Positions 62,275-64,000 of a DNA stretch of 64,000 bases are shown here, in pieces (the first letter of the stretch is position 1; every line of letters begins with the position of its first letter). The position numbers were made by a program, and so were the translations under genes. Below the pieces are notes generated by a model. That model saw nothing but the letters and a program-made list of their open reading frames with translations, made no database searches and was not told the DNA's origin. The stretch is from Chrysomallon squamiferum (lineage: Eukaryota; Animalia; Mollusca): positions 43,338,001 to 43,402,000 of the forward strand of contig CM022665.1 in the NCBI GenBank assembly GCA_012295275.1. The letters are read 5' to 3'.

Positions 62275-64000
62275 TTGATTTTCAAAGGGAAATAAGTAGA
62301 CATTATTTAATGTTGTGCATCTCTCAAACTTCACTGAAGTTTGATCATTATAATTATATTGTGTAAATAAAAAAAACTTAAATTTAAGAGAAAGATCGTT
62401 ATAGAAGATTTAAAAAAAATTGTTATTTTAAAATATTTCTTAGAACTGGGAGTTATGTTAAAAAGGGGAAATGGATTTCAGATCGTAATATGCAACAAGT
62501 AGAAATATTTATTTATTTATTTATTTATTTATTGTTTGTTTGTTTGTTTGTTGTTATTATTTTTTCTTTGTCTATTAATTTTACTGAATTGATGTTTAAC
62601 GAACTGCATTTTTTTTACTAAGTTACAAATCTTTAGGAGTAACCATGAAATAGTAAAGTAGTTTTTAAAATAATCTGTCTCCAAAACACACAACACACAC
62701 ACACACACACACACACACACGTATAAATTTTTTTTTTTTTTTTTTTTTGAAGCATGCAGCCTGCTTCCTTATTCCTGCACACTTAAAAAAATAAACTGAA
62801 ATAATAATAACAACAACAACATTAATGAATACATAATAAATGCGTGATGAATTAAAAACAATCATAATATATTTTGTTTAAATAAATAAATTTTAAAAAG
62901 TGTGGGGAGAAAAATGTTTATGAATATAATACAGTTATGTTTAAGAATAATTAAATAAATATTCGTTAAACATTATTATTTTTTCCTACGTTTATTTCAT
63001 GGTCTACTTTCTATCGATTGTCATATATAAGTAATTATCTGCAACTTTCAATATAACAGTCTTATGAAACTGGCTTCAAAGAGACCTATTTTTACCGTAC
63101 GGTCACTGAGAACTGATTCTGCGACACGTCACGTTTTCAGAAAACCTTCATTTATATATTACATCTTGCGAAAGTTATCCAATTAGCTTAATATAAAATA
63201 TATATATATATAAACGTACAAAAAACAGATGTTATTAAAGCATTATGGTTTATAGTTTAAGACGTAGTTTATTGTGTTTTATTTTCCTGACGCTGTTTTC
63301 TTTAATCAAGATAATGTAAAATCAAATCTTGCATTAGTAAATAGCACTTTAACGTTGTACTTTCGATAACATAAAAATGTTCACTGTTCTTAATATACAA
63401 ACTGCTTTCTGCACTTTTATTCAGTTCAAGGTTCATTGTCTTTACTGGGGCGGATCCAGCTTTTCTGATGAGGTGGGGTCAACAGAAAAAGGGCGACCAT
63501 AACGTTATGAAAAGGCACTACTGAAAAATTACACACGGACCCTAATATAATAGTACTATAGCATTGATGCTGGAAAACGTACTTTACAGTGTTCTATAAA
63601 CAGACAGAAATTTAAAAAAATAAAAATAAAAAATGAATTTGTAAAAAACCTAAAAATCCTAAGTAAAAGTGGCAGTTCTGAAATTTGATGGGGGATCCGG
63701 ACTATCAATCAGGAAACCGTAAACCAATATCCGAAATTTGTGCGTGTGCTGGTTAAAATTTCTTTTTAAAAGTCTTTCTGTTTGTTTAGAATAGTTGTGT
63801 AACATTTCCTATTATAATGATACTGTTTTTTATTGTTGCTGTCATTGTCGTTATTATTATTATACTTATTACTGTTGTTGTTGCTGTTGATACTGTTTGT
63901 GTACTGTGAAATTTTATTGTCATTTTTTTTGTTGTTATTATTATTGTTATAACTGTTGTTATATTTGTAGTTTTTGTTGATGTTGTTGTTGTTATTATTA

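Noticed and set aside
63447-63703. ggggcggatccag motif resembling a MITE terminus
   Set aside because: No clear matching inverted terminus or target-site duplication within the window.

Overview
AT-rich, microsatellite-laden eukaryotic genomic DNA (invertebrate, mollusc-like by composition; inference). Almost all supplied ORFs are low-complexity artefacts. The window is dominated by one multi-exon minus-strand gene, the Ral GTPase-activating protein alpha subunit (RALGAPA1/2 orthologue). I traced 46 phase-consistent coding exons from ATG at 62140 to TGA at 12481 (about 1,990 aa). Notable features of the gene: the RapGAP-fold catalytic motif [15 protein letters not shown], one U12-type minor intron, one GC-AG intron, several frame-preserving microexon candidates with UGC/UGCAUG signatures, competing C-terminal exons, one expected exon that is not recognisable, and several tandem repeats that copy or abut splice junctions. 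The left 11.7 kb holds the 3' end of a convergent plus-strand gene (C6orf89/BRAP-like, cupin-like fold), duplicated in tandem with a ~6.5 kb period; this is either a recent duplication or an uncollapsed haplotype. A 235-bp Tc1/mariner-derived element and an NRF1/YY1 promoter are also present. I found no CRISPR, rRNA or tRNA, and no unambiguous novel biological system; the most promising leads are splicing-related.
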